From: an uncultured bacterium
Lineage (GTDB): Bacteria; Verrucomicrobiota; Verrucomicrobiia; Limisphaerales; UBA8199
NCBI GenBank assembly: GCA_963749495.1
Contig: CAVVMW010000004.1
Location: 800,001-864,000 of the forward strand
Reading direction: 5' to 3'
DNA: 64,000 bases
Shown: piece by piece, positions 29,401-37,442 of the stretch
Layout: every line of letters starts with the position of its first letter
How positions within the stretch are numbered: position 1 is the stretch's first letter
The notes under the pieces: model-generated
The model's input: only the letters and a program-made list of their open reading frames with translations
What the model was told of the DNA's origin: nothing
Database searches by the model: none
Program-made: the position numbers and the translations under genes

Positions 29401-31141
29401 CGTGTCTGTCTTTGTGATACGCCTCTCGCCGTGAAAGGTCGTCCCAAGTTTCTGCGCCTTCGCCGTGAAGCAATTCTTTTGCAGTTCGCTCCGCAAGTCC
29501 AAGTGCTGCCTTCTCCGCTTCATCGGAATACTTCTCTGACAAAATGACCGGATGACGCGCAGCAACGATTCGCTCCCGGCGCTCCCATTGCGATTTCAAA
29601 TGGGCAAGCTCTGATTGGCTGATGTTGTTGTTTCCGATCAATTGCGTGTGGCAGACAGGCTTTTCCAGCACGGTTGTTACCAGGGCCAGCATGTCCGTCA
29701 CGTTTTCGTCTGCATTCAAGGGAAGTTCCATTCCCGCAGACGCCGCCCATTCTCTCACGCCTTGTAGCAACTCAAGTTGCGTCAGTATTCGCTCGATTGT
29801 CTCTTGAACCTCGTTTGCGGCGTTCGGATTATCGTCGAACGCTTCCACGCAAACATTGTTCCAAATGTTCTTGTTATCGGTCAGCACGGCGGCCAACTCA
29901 GGCCATTCACCCAAGCAGCCGAGTAGTTTTGTGAGCCGTTCTTTGGAAAGCGCCTGCCAGCTAGCAATCGAAATGTTCGGGACATGCTTTAATTCCTTTC
30001 TCAACTGAATCAGGCCCGCCAAAGCTTCACGCTTCGTGACCTGCAGGCACGGGTGGGCAATCCCACGAGCAAAGCGCACGCGCTCGTTGAGTATTTGGCG
30101 CGACTCCTTCAACTGAGTGAACGGAAAAACGCGGGCGTTATGGCAAGCGGGAAATTTGTCGGTTGCTTGTCTGAGAAACTCCCGCTTGTCCAAATCCTCG
30201 TCGTGAAGATTTATCATCGCTGGTTTCAATCCCACATTCGACAGCCGTTCCTCAACCTGAACAATTGCCGCCCTCTTGTCACACACCAACAGCACGTTGC
30301 GTCCGTGATACAGCGCGTCACTAATGATGTTGGCGATTGTCTGCGATTTGCCGGTGCCGGGAGGCCCTTCAACCTGAATACAGTGGCCGTTATGCGCAAG
30401 CTGGATGACTCGTAATTGACTGTCATCGCAGGGCAACGTAGGGCCAAGTTCCTCCAAACCGTCATCAGTGATTTCTCCAAGGTCAATCGCTTCAATTTTG
30501 CCCCCGGCGATTTTCGCTTGCACTACCGGATTCTTAGCCAACGCCTGCCTCAACGGCGGGTCGGTCAAACGGTTCTGAACAACCATCTGCTGGCTGCTGA
30601 ACAGGCCAGCGTAACTGTCATCCGTCACTTGTGACGCGCGATTTCCCAATTGAGCTTTTACCCATTTCGTTGCTTCAAGCGGATTGTCCGTAATGGACGC
30701 TGGAATTGATTTTATCGCTAATGCGCGAAGATGTGCCTGCAATACCGGATTGAATTGCCAAGGTTCGTCTTCGGCAACGACAGCCTTGATTTTGTCGCCG
30801 CTGGTTTGAAATGAAGCCCGCTTCAGGCAAACCGGGAATAGCTGCCTGCGCTGTTTTCCATCTACTGCTCCGGCAACAATCATCTCGATCGAACCGCTGC
30901 AAACAAATGCACAATGCTCTCCACGTTCACGAATGCGCGTTTGGTAATTCTTTTGGAGGTTGCGAGAGATTGGGTCGGCCATCGTGCCGATGATTAACGT
31001 GCCACCATTAGCGAGAGCGCTGAATTCAGTGGGCTGCAATAGCCGAAACCGCTTCACGGGCATTCTGACCAAAGGATTGGTCAACCCTTGTGCCGTGGAC
31101 TGCTTGAGCCATTTCTCCAAGTATTCAGCGAACGTCGGCAT
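26474..31141 (-). CDS. SF1 (UPF1-like) helicase with C-terminal Vsr/MTES_1575-like endonuclease; Hhe-like defence protein
   Basis: DDSQ, EGPPGTGKSQTIANI, MSPTS, FDEASQ, GDRNQLPPT, HYRS, ETVQGDE, RRLNVAITRS, then ESPFEE..LAIECDGAAYHS..RDRARQRVLEKLGWRVHRVWS. Confidence 0.9.
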   Translation of the reverse strand: MPTFAEYLEKWLKQSTAQGLTNPLVRMPVKRFRLLQPTEFSALANGGTLIIGTMADPISRNLQKNYQTRIRERGEHCAFVCSGSIEMIVAGAVDGKQRRQLFPVCLKRASFQTSGDKIKAVVAEDEPWQFNPVLQAHLRALAIKSIPASITDNPLEATKWVKAQLGNRASQVTDDSYAGLFSSQQMVVQNRLTDPPLRQALAKNPVVQAKIAGGKIEAIDLGEITDDGLEELGPTLPCDDSQLRVIQLAHNGHCIQVEGPPGTGKSQTIANIISDALYHGRNVLLVCDKRAAIVQVEERLSNVGLKPAMINLHDEDLDKREFLRQATDKFPACHNARVFPFTQLKESRQILNERVRFARGIAHPCLQVTKREALAGLIQLRKELKHVPNISIASWQALSKERLTKLLGCLGEWPELAAVLTDNKNIWNNVCVEAFDDNPNAANEVQETIERILTQLELLQGVREWAASAGMELPLNADENVTDMLALVTTVLEKPVCHTQLIGNNNISQSELAHLKSQWERRERIVAARHPVILSEKYSDEAEKAALGLAERTAKELLHGEGAETWDDLSRREAYHKDRHGEIESSQKAYRRLCEQIGLVYSPLLTVRRAQLHAVISLASLATTIPRGWWKSDTTPVLTVAGWKAHFRACATHAKNSPLPLHFLALERVATTHWEHVEAKAEHGFNLVSYCVHFVNDRKCKYALRQVFPKIPPRGFKQWQEVTLHAVTALRTVHAFRAAAETHVVLMQLTSAYLAIAHENPEHFENYLSREEVQALEQMAVFVEQMRDRNDLFQVGSVHWETFWQSTNASLLATVKTVLSDFDALALPDQQQSDNLEDALAFYAAAHQRIHKFLQDYEQEEGDRVNFVMAGFAAQRDFADSQQKLAPLTKYLELQRARERHPDWKWLHEVIAWRDLFERLRGQQKLDIDSGLWVKLRDHLKNHQTVMARAYDELNALFEHPCAGIQDYTSLVTRVSEMLTELQRRPLWLEKKRWHGKISAFPEIKSLWSKILDGSVKPSQGQRLFCFNLLRLCDPVAKPHGLQFKQTLKEFTEQDEKLASWVIDRLKASLRERMEEAVQYAAHNESELRRLAGLQRIRGTVRELANAHLDYLIAAKPCWLMSPTSLANLIDSQIFEEYGVPFDLVIFDEASQIRVLDGLLSMSFGKQVIIVGDRNQLPPTDFFASFASPEAEVEDFGVSESLLEEFGGVFEEDKTQVMLMSHYRSETPDLIAFSNNWFYGGKLEMYPPAHISGIGRRLHYLPNAVYSESGQRNNPTEAQEVVKLIELHVREHPDKSLGVVTMNIPQMELIDEQLIFASDQVCAFCADEARFFLRNLETVQGDEMDRILLSLTYGKNAGGQFNASVLGPLNKSGGERRLNVAITRSRSGLIVVSSLKVADLEATGAQSRGFRCLRDFLAELESTDQARTFGIGSKRFERKNDGVSNVVYCESPFEEQVVEFLENEGYDIECQHGAGNFRLDIIIKERDKSILAIECDGAAYHSSLVARTRDRARQRVLEKLGWRVHRVWSTNWWHFEQQEKEGIVAAINAARTVHS

Positions 31142-31504
31142 CGCGGGGATTAAACAGGATTTTCGGGGCCAGCGCAAACCAAACCGAGCCAATTTTAGGA
31201 TGGCTACCAACGCCGTCCTCCGCTTCAAGCGCTGTATTGAGATTCGATGGTGACAGACGGCCGGCCTGCGGTTTGACCGATGGGGGCGGTGTGATTTCAC
31301 CCTCTGAACGCTGGAAACGTCTGGAAACCCTTGGAAAACCGAGCGCCAATGAGGTCTGGCCACGTCGCCCACCTTGGGGCGAGGGTTTGGGATGGGCCTG
31401 CCCCCAAAAAAAGGCCCAAAATGAAGGCTGACCGATGAAATATTCTTGTTCAACCTCAGAGTCATAAGTGGTTGCCACTCCAATGTTTATTTCAATACTT
31501 TAAT

Positions 31505-31545
31505 CGAGGTCCACGGCTACCTTCACTGCGTTGCTCCGCGACGCG
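31505..31545. repeat. Half copy of REP family A at the right edge of the AT-rich islet
   Basis: Starts abruptly at CGAGGTCCACGGCTACC..GTTGCTCCGCGACGC. Confidence 0.7.
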
Positions 31546-31560
31546 CGCGTTGCCTCCGGC

Positions 31561-32208
31561 TCACCGCGTAGCGGTGGCCGATGGTAGCCGTGGACTTCCA
31601 GTCCACGGGCCCATGGCCCAAGCTCGACCGCGTCGCGTAGCGACGACTGAAAACAGGATTGGATCCGCCACCGCCAGGTTGTCAGGCGTCGCTACGCGAC
31701 GCACGGCCATTCCCAGCTCCGAACCGTGGACCGAGGTCCTTGTCTTTGCCCACATCTTTTCACCGATCCTATCAGTTGCCCTTCTAAGCAGGCGGGAGAA
31801 ATGCCTGAGGAGCAGGCCGGTTTTAGCCGCCAAAGGGGCCCTTCATACCAGCCGGCGGCAACGCCCGGCCAACCCGGAGGGTTGGCAGAAGGTAGCCGGG
31901 GGTCGCCGTCCGGCGGCGACCCCCGGTTGAGGGCGTCGGAGGCCCTGCACCCCGGCGGGGTGCCAGAAGACCACGTGGGCAGTGGGCCGCCGTCTGGCAT
32001 CCCTCCGGGATGCAATCCCTTGCGGTCGGGGCACCGGGGGTCTCGCTGCGCTTCGACCCCGGCTACCTTCTGGCATCCCTCCGGGATGAGAATTGTGCTT
32101 CGGAGATCGTTGACGGCCATAAGATCCGCTCCATCAGGGCACATGAGGATGTGGGTAATGCCAAGGACCGAGGTCCACGGCTACCGTCACTGCGTCGCTC
32201 CGCGACGC
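31561..32208. repeat. REP family A copy interrupted by a nested TIR element
   Basis: Colinear with reverse complement of 8478-8690 except for the insert at GGACCGAGGTCC. Confidence 0.85.
31738..32166. mobile_element. TIR-bounded shell with 8-bp target duplication carrying another REP-like palindrome (family D)
   Basis: CCTTGTCTTTGCCCACATC / GATGTGGGTAATGCCAAGG (16/19 inverted), flanked by ACCGAGGT on both sides; inside GCAGAAGGTAGCCGGGG..CCCCGGCTACCTTCTG. Confidence 0.8.
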
Positions 32209-32299
32209 AGGCCTTGAAGCGGGGACAATCAGCCTTTACTTTCAAAGCGTGGGCACACAGCCGCTCGTGAGAGCGCAAACCGAATTTGAGGAGAAGAAC

Positions 32300-33730
32300 A
32301 TGGCTCAGGCTCATCGCACAAAGGGCAAGGTCCGCGTGGAAAAGGACGCGCTGGGCAAGGTCGAGGTGCCGGCGGAGCACCTGTGGGGCGCCCAGACGGA
32401 ACGTTCGCGGCACAACTTCCCGATCGGCGTCGAGCGCTACCGCTGGGGCCGGCCGGTCATCCGCGCCCTGGGCATCCTCAAGAAGTGCGCGGCCCTGGCG
32501 AACGGGGAGTTGGGCCAATTGCCGCGCGAGAAGGTCGATCTGATCGTCCGCGCGGCGCAGGAGGTGATTGACGGGAAGCTCGATGGCGAGTTCCCGCTGG
32601 TCGTGTTCCAGAGCGGCTCGGGCACGCAGACCAACATGAACGCCAACGAAGTGATAGCCAACCGCGCCATTCAATTGGCCGGCGGGGTCCTGGGGTCCAA
32701 GAAGCCGGTTCACCCCAACGACGACGTCAACCACAGCCAGTCGTCCAATGACACGTTCCCCGCCGTAATGCACATCGCCACGGTCGAACAGGTGCAGGAC
32801 GCGCTGATGCCGGCCATCCGTGGATTGCGGGACACTCTGGACGCCAAGGCCGGGGCGTTTTCGCGGGTGCTGATGGTGGGCCGGACGCACCTGCAGGACG
32901 CCACGCCCTTGACTCTGGGCCAGGTGATCTCGGGCTGGGTGGCGCAACTCGACCAGGCCCTGGATGGGCTGGGCCAGGCACTGCCGGGCGTCTGCGCCCT
33001 GGCTCTCGGCGGCACGGCGGTCGGCACCGGGCTCAACGCCCACCCGCGCTTCGGCGAGGTGGCGGCGCGCCGGATATCGCAGGAGACGGGCAAGCCCTTC
33101 GTCTCGGCGCCCAACAAGTTCGCCGCCCTCTCGGCCCACGATGCGATGGTGGCCGTGAGCGCCGCGCTGCGCACCCTGGCGGGGGCCCTCATGAAGATAG
33201 CCAACGACGTGCGCTGGCATGCCTGCGGACCGCGGGCGGGCCTGGCGGAGTTGAAGCTCCCGGAAAACGAGCCCGGCTCCTCGATCATGCCCGGCAAGAT
33301 CAACCCGACGCAGTGCGAGGCGCTGACCATGGCGGCCGTCCAGGTGTTCGGCAACGACCACGCAGTGGCCTTCGCCGGCTCGCAAGGCAACTTCCAGCTC
33401 AACGTCTATAAGCCGGTCATCCTGCACAACGTCCTGGAGTCGGTCCAACTCCTGGCCGAGGCCGCGCGCTCGTTCAACGAGCGCTGCGCCCAAGGCATCG
33501 AGCCCAACGAAGAACGCATCCGCCAGCACCTGGACAACTCGCTGATGCTGGTGACGGCGCTCAATCCGCACATCGGCTACGAGAAGGCGGCGCAGATCGC
33601 CCTCATGGCCCATCGCGAAGACATCACGCTGCGCGAGGCCGCGCTCAAATTGGGCTTCCTGACCGCCGAGCAGTTCGACCAATGGGTGCGTCCGGAGGAC
33701 ATGACGCATCCGCTCGACCCGGCAGAATGA
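32300..33730 (+). CDS. fumC: Class II fumarate hydratase
   Basis: [48 protein letters not shown]. Confidence 0.97.
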   Translation: MAQAHRTKGKVRVEKDALGKVEVPAEHLWGAQTERSRHNFPIGVERYRWGRPVIRALGILKKCAALANGELGQLPREKVDLIVRAAQEVIDGKLDGEFPLVVFQSGSGTQTNMNANEVIANRAIQLAGGVLGSKKPVHPNDDVNHSQSSNDTFPAVMHIATVEQVQDALMPAIRGLRDTLDAKAGAFSRVLMVGRTHLQDATPLTLGQVISGWVAQLDQALDGLGQALPGVCALALGGTAVGTGLNAHPRFGEVAARRISQETGKPFVSAPNKFAALSAHDAMVAVSAALRTLAGALMKIANDVRWHACGPRAGLAELKLPENEPGSSIMPGKINPTQCEALTMAAVQVFGNDHAVAFAGSQGNFQLNVYKPVILHNVLESVQLLAEAARSFNERCAQGIEPNEERIRQHLDNSLMLVTALNPHIGYEKAAQIALMAHREDITLREAALKLGFLTAEQFDQWVRPEDMTHPLDPAE

Positions 33731-33764
33731 GCCTGAATCGGTGGTTGAATCGCCGTTCTTGGGA

Positions 33765-34592
33765 TCAGACCGGCAGATCACGTTGCCGCCACGCGAGCCC
33801 GCCAACAATGGACGCCACCAGGATGACCATCAGCAACACCGCCATGTCGTGGAGCGGCCATCCGTGGAGGAGCTTCGAGCCGTTGACGTAGTAGAACAAG
33901 GTTGCCGGCCTCAGAAATCGGAGGCGCGGCCACCATTGCGCCACCACCCAGGCGAAATAATCGAGGACCAGAAAAGCAACCGCAGCCCCAACCGCCTGGT
34001 TGCGGCCGGCCAGCACGCCGGCCGCTAAGAGCGCGATCGACCCGGCAGCGCCGGCCACCAAACCGCCATTGACCGCGATGCGCCAGAAAAGGCCCAGGGG
34101 AATGGGTTGGCCGAAGTCGTAGAGGCGGGTCGCCACGACGGTGCCCAGGAACATCACCAGCACCAGGGCGAACATGCCCGAGAGCGTCAGCACCGCAGCG
34201 CAGGCATAGACCTGGGTCCGCGTGGCGGGCCTGCCGAGGATCAGTTCCATTGTTCCCTTTTGCACCTCGCCGGTGAGCAGGGTGGCCGGAGTGCCCACGG
34301 CAAAGAGCATGTAGAGGAACAAGACCAGCGGGTGCTGGTAGCCGATGGCAATCAGGCCCGGCGCGTTGCCCGCTTGCAGAATTTCGCCGCCGAGCGCGGT
34401 TTTGATGAACGACGGCAGCACATCAAGAAACTTGAGGAAAACCTTGACGCTTTCATTGTCGTGGACAATGGCGCAAACCGCGATTTGGAACAGGAAGATG
34501 ACCGAGGCGATGAAACCCCACATCGGCAGCATGCGCGCCCCCCAGAACCGGAGGAGGGCCCACGGGAACGGAACCTGCGCGCGCGGGCCCAT
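33765..34592 (-). CDS. ABC-2 type transporter permease
   Basis: Multiple TMs, GEVQKGTMELILGRPATR, WRQRDL end; coupled to the ATPase. Confidence 0.85.
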   Translation of the reverse strand: MGPRAQVPFPWALLRFWGARMLPMWGFIASVIFLFQIAVCAIVHDNESVKVFLKFLDVLPSFIKTALGGEILQAGNAPGLIAIGYQHPLVLFLYMLFAVGTPATLLTGEVQKGTMELILGRPATRTQVYACAAVLTLSGMFALVLVMFLGTVVATRLYDFGQPIPLGLFWRIAVNGGLVAGAAGSIALLAAGVLAGRNQAVGAAVAFLVLDYFAWVVAQWWPRLRFLRPATLFYYVNGSKLLHGWPLHDMAVLLMVILVASIVGGLAWRQRDLPV

Positions 34593-35536
34593 CAGCGGCC
34601 TCCATCCTCCGCCGATTCGGCGCCGCCTGGCGCCGCGGCAATTGACGGCGGTTTATAGTACTGGATAAAGGCCTCTTCGAGCGAAGTTTGGGGCGTGTCG
34701 AGCCGGTCCACCGGGAACTGGGCCAGCCAGCGGAGGAGGCCTTCACACGCGCCCCGGCAGGCCAGGTGTACCATCCCGGGTTGCTGCTCGATGACACGCA
34801 CGCCCGGCAACTGGCCCGCCGGCACCTGAGGCTGGAGCGTGCCGCCCACGAACCAGGCCCTCAGGCGGTGTTCGCCCTGCTGCACGATTCTGGAGATGGC
34901 CCCCATCTCGACCAGGCGGCCCTCGCGCAGGATGCCGGCGCGGCCGCAAACGGCCCGCACCTCGGCCAGGTCGTGCGAGGAGAGCAACACGGTGGCCCCG
35001 CCTTGCGCGGCTTCGCGGATCAGGTCCAGCACGACCCGGCGGACCAACGGGTCCAGGCCGCCGGTCGGCTCGTCAAGAACGAGCAATTCGGGCTGGTGCT
35101 GAAAGGCATAGATCACCGCGGCCTTTTGCCGGTTGCCCTTGGAGAGCGCGCCCACCCGGCGGTCCAGATCCAGCCCCAGCCGCTCTGCCAACTCTTCCCG
35201 CCGGCGCCCGGGCCGATCGCCGCCGCCCAGCGACCCCAGGACCCGCAATGAGCGGCGGGCCCGAAATCCCGGCCAGAGACGAAACTCCCCCGGCAGATAG
35301 CCGATCCGCGCGTGCTGCGTGCCCTGGCCGGGCACGACCGGCTGCCCCCAAACCCACACGCCGCCCCGGCTGGCCTTGAGCAAACCCATGATGCAGCGCA
35401 GCGTCGTCGTCTTGCCGGCCCCATTGGGTCCCAGGTAGCCGAAGATCTCCCCTGGCTCCAGGGCAAAACTCACCTCCTCGACCCCGCAAACCGGGCCGTA
35501 CCATTTTGTGAGCGATCGCGCTTCCAGAGTGGCCAT
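34592..35536 (-). CDS. ABC transporter ATP-binding protein
   Basis: GPNGAGKTT, LSKGNRQK, LVLDEPT, SSH. Confidence 0.95.
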   Translation of the reverse strand: MATLEARSLTKWYGPVCGVEEVSFALEPGEIFGYLGPNGAGKTTTLRCIMGLLKASRGGVWVWGQPVVPGQGTQHARIGYLPGEFRLWPGFRARRSLRVLGSLGGGDRPGRRREELAERLGLDLDRRVGALSKGNRQKAAVIYAFQHQPELLVLDEPTGGLDPLVRRVVLDLIREAAQGGATVLLSSHDLAEVRAVCGRAGILREGRLVEMGAISRIVQQGEHRLRAWFVGGTLQPQVPAGQLPGVRVIEQQPGMVHLACRGACEGLLRWLAQFPVDRLDTPQTSLEEAFIQYYKPPSIAAAPGGAESAEDGGR

Positions 35537-35560
35537 AGATTAAGAGGTGGTTGCAGATTC

Positions 35561-35636
35561 AACCGCAGAGAACGCAAAGATCGCAGAGAAACGCCTTGAT
35601 TCAGGCCTCTTTGTGTTCTCTGCGTTCTTTGCGGTT
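35561..35636. repeat. Inverted 9-mer tandem repeat (CGCAGAGAA)
   Basis: AACCGCAGAGAACGCAAAGATCGCAGAG..CTCTTTGTGTTCTCTGCGTTCTTTGCGGTT. Confidence 0.75.
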
Positions 35637-35763
35637 AATTTCGCCACTGTCTCTCAGTGATTGGACGAGCAAGTCCGGCAGCAAAATTGGCAGCCGGCCG
35701 CGCCAAAGCAAGTTACTTTTCCGCCCTCGACACTCGGCCCTCGATCCCTGACACTGCACCCTC

Positions 35764-36915
35764 ATGACGACCCGGCAACTCCAAACCCTGGCGCGGACGC
35801 ACGGCACACCGCTGGTGGTTATCGACCACGAGATTCTGCGGGAGAATTTCGCCGCCTTCAAACGGCACCTGCCCAAGGTCCAGGGCTATTACGCCGTCAA
35901 GGCCAACCCGGAGCCGGCGATTATCCGCACGCTGTACCGGAACGGGGCGAGCTTCGACGTCGCCTCGCTGCCGGAGTTCATGCTCGTCTATGAGAACATC
36001 AAGCACCTGCCGCCCAAGGAGCAGCAGGACTTCATTTGGGACAAGATCATTTACGCCAACCCGACCAAGCCCAAGGAGACGCTCCAGGCGCTGGACCAAT
36101 ACAAGCCGCTGGTCACGTTCGACAACCTGGCCGAACTGAAGAAGATCCAGCAGTTCGCCCCCCATGCCGGCGTGGTGCTGCGCCTGCGCGTGCCCAACAC
36201 CGGCTCGATGGTCGAGCTGTCCTCCAAATTCGGCTGCGACCCGGGCGAGGCGGTGGACCTCATCCGGACCGCCTTCGGCCTCGGCCTGGTGGTCGAGGGC
36301 CTCAGCTTCCATGTCGGCAGCCAGTGCACCAATTTCGAAAACTTCGTCCAGGCCATGGACATCTCCGCCGCCGTCATGAAGGAGTCCAAGTCGCGCGGCC
36401 ACGCGATCAAGATCCTCGACATCGGCGGGGGCTTTCCCGCCCCGTACAACAAGCACGTCAAGCCGTTCAGCGCCCTGGCCAGGAAAATCAACGCCGAAAT
36501 CGACCGCCTCTTTCCCAAGGACATCCAGATCCTGGCCGAGCCGGGACGCTGCCTCGTCGCCACCGCCGCCACCTCGGTCGCCCGCATCATCGGCAAGGCG
36601 GTGCGCGACGGCAAGACCTGTTATTACATCGATGACAGCGTCTATCACACCTTCAGCGGCATCATCTTCGATCACTGCCAATACCACCTCAAGAGCTTCC
36701 GCAAAGGCAAAACAGAGATCTGCGCTGTCTTCGGCCAGACCTGCGACGCCCTGGACACGATCTCCCTCTCCGAGGACCTGCCCGACCTGGAGATCGACGA
36801 CCTCCTCTATGCCGGGAACATCGGCGCCTATAGCAACGCCTCGGCCACCTGGTTCAACGGCTTCCCCCCCGCAAAAGTCGTGCATGTCAATGAAGCGCAG
36901 CGGAGCACTGGATAG
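35764..36915 (+). CDS. Fold-type III PLP-dependent ornithine/lysine decarboxylase
   Basis: YAVKANP, FDVAS, SKFG, SFHVGSQ, DIGGGF, AEPGR, GQTCDALD, GAYS. Confidence 0.92.
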   Translation: MTTRQLQTLARTHGTPLVVIDHEILRENFAAFKRHLPKVQGYYAVKANPEPAIIRTLYRNGASFDVASLPEFMLVYENIKHLPPKEQQDFIWDKIIYANPTKPKETLQALDQYKPLVTFDNLAELKKIQQFAPHAGVVLRLRVPNTGSMVELSSKFGCDPGEAVDLIRTAFGLGLVVEGLSFHVGSQCTNFENFVQAMDISAAVMKESKSRGHAIKILDIGGGFPAPYNKHVKPFSALARKINAEIDRLFPKDIQILAEPGRCLVATAATSVARIIGKAVRDGKTCYYIDDSVYHTFSGIIFDHCQYHLKSFRKGKTEICAVFGQTCDALDTISLSEDLPDLEIDDLLYAGNIGAYSNASATWFNGFPPAKVVHVNEAQRSTG

Positions 36916-36917
36916 CG

Positions 36918-37078
36918 GGGCGCAATCGGACACTGCCCCCGGAGCGCGGGCTTTAGCCCGCTTTGCCCGGACCTCGACGTCTTTGCTGGGCCTATTGAAC
37001 ATTGGGCATCCAAAGCGGACTAAAGTCCGCGCTCCGGCCATTCGGTGGTGCTGACGGGGGCAGTGTCCGATTGCGCCC
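36918..37078. mobile_element. TIR-bounded shell carrying a GGAGCGCGG..CCGCGCTCC palindrome
   Basis: Perfect 23-bp inverted repeat GGGCGCAATCGGACACTGCCCCC. Confidence 0.8.
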
Positions 37079-37135
37079 TGGGTAGCGGCCGCCAGGCGAG
37101 CGCGGAGGGGCAATAGGGCGCCGAGACTTGCGGGC

Positions 37136-37321
37136 GGGCGCATCCCGAAACTGCCCCGATCGAGCGGGGCGCAAGGGCTTGTAGCGCAGGTTTCCAAACC
37201 TGCTGTATCGCCGACTTCCAAGTCGGCAGGGCGCAGGAAATCGGACGGTCTGCGGGTTTGGAAACCCGCGATACAGCAGACTTGGAAGTCTGCGCTACGG
37301 GGACAGTGCCACGATGCGCCC
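37136..37321. mobile_element. Related TIR shell carrying a different palindrome (GTAGCGCAG..CTGCGCTAC)
   Basis: GGGCGCATCCCGAAACTGCCCC / GGGACAGTGCCACGATGCGCCC imperfect inverted repeat. Confidence 0.7.
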
Positions 37322-37360
37322 ACTCGAGGCCTGGAGGCTCGTCCGAGGAACGCTGGCGGA

Positions 37361-37436
37361 TGGTGGAGCCGACGTGATTCGAACACGCGACCTTCTCGTT
37401 GCGAACGAGACGCTCTGCCAACTGAGCTACGACCCC
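37361..37436 (-). tRNA. tRNA-Ala(CGC)
   Basis: GGGGTCG..TAGCTCAGTTGGCAGAGC, anticodon arm TCTCG-TTCGCAA-CGAGA, GTTCGAATC, encoded CCA; 76 nt. Confidence 0.95.
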
Positions 37437-37442
37437 ATCCAG

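Noticed and set aside
31142..31483. N-terminal 114 codons of the 1669-aa helicase ORF
   Set aside because: Non-protein-like; the domain plausibly starts at MPTFAEYL (31141). Similar over-extensions were trimmed for 17298-18485, 21371-24145 and 61173-62456
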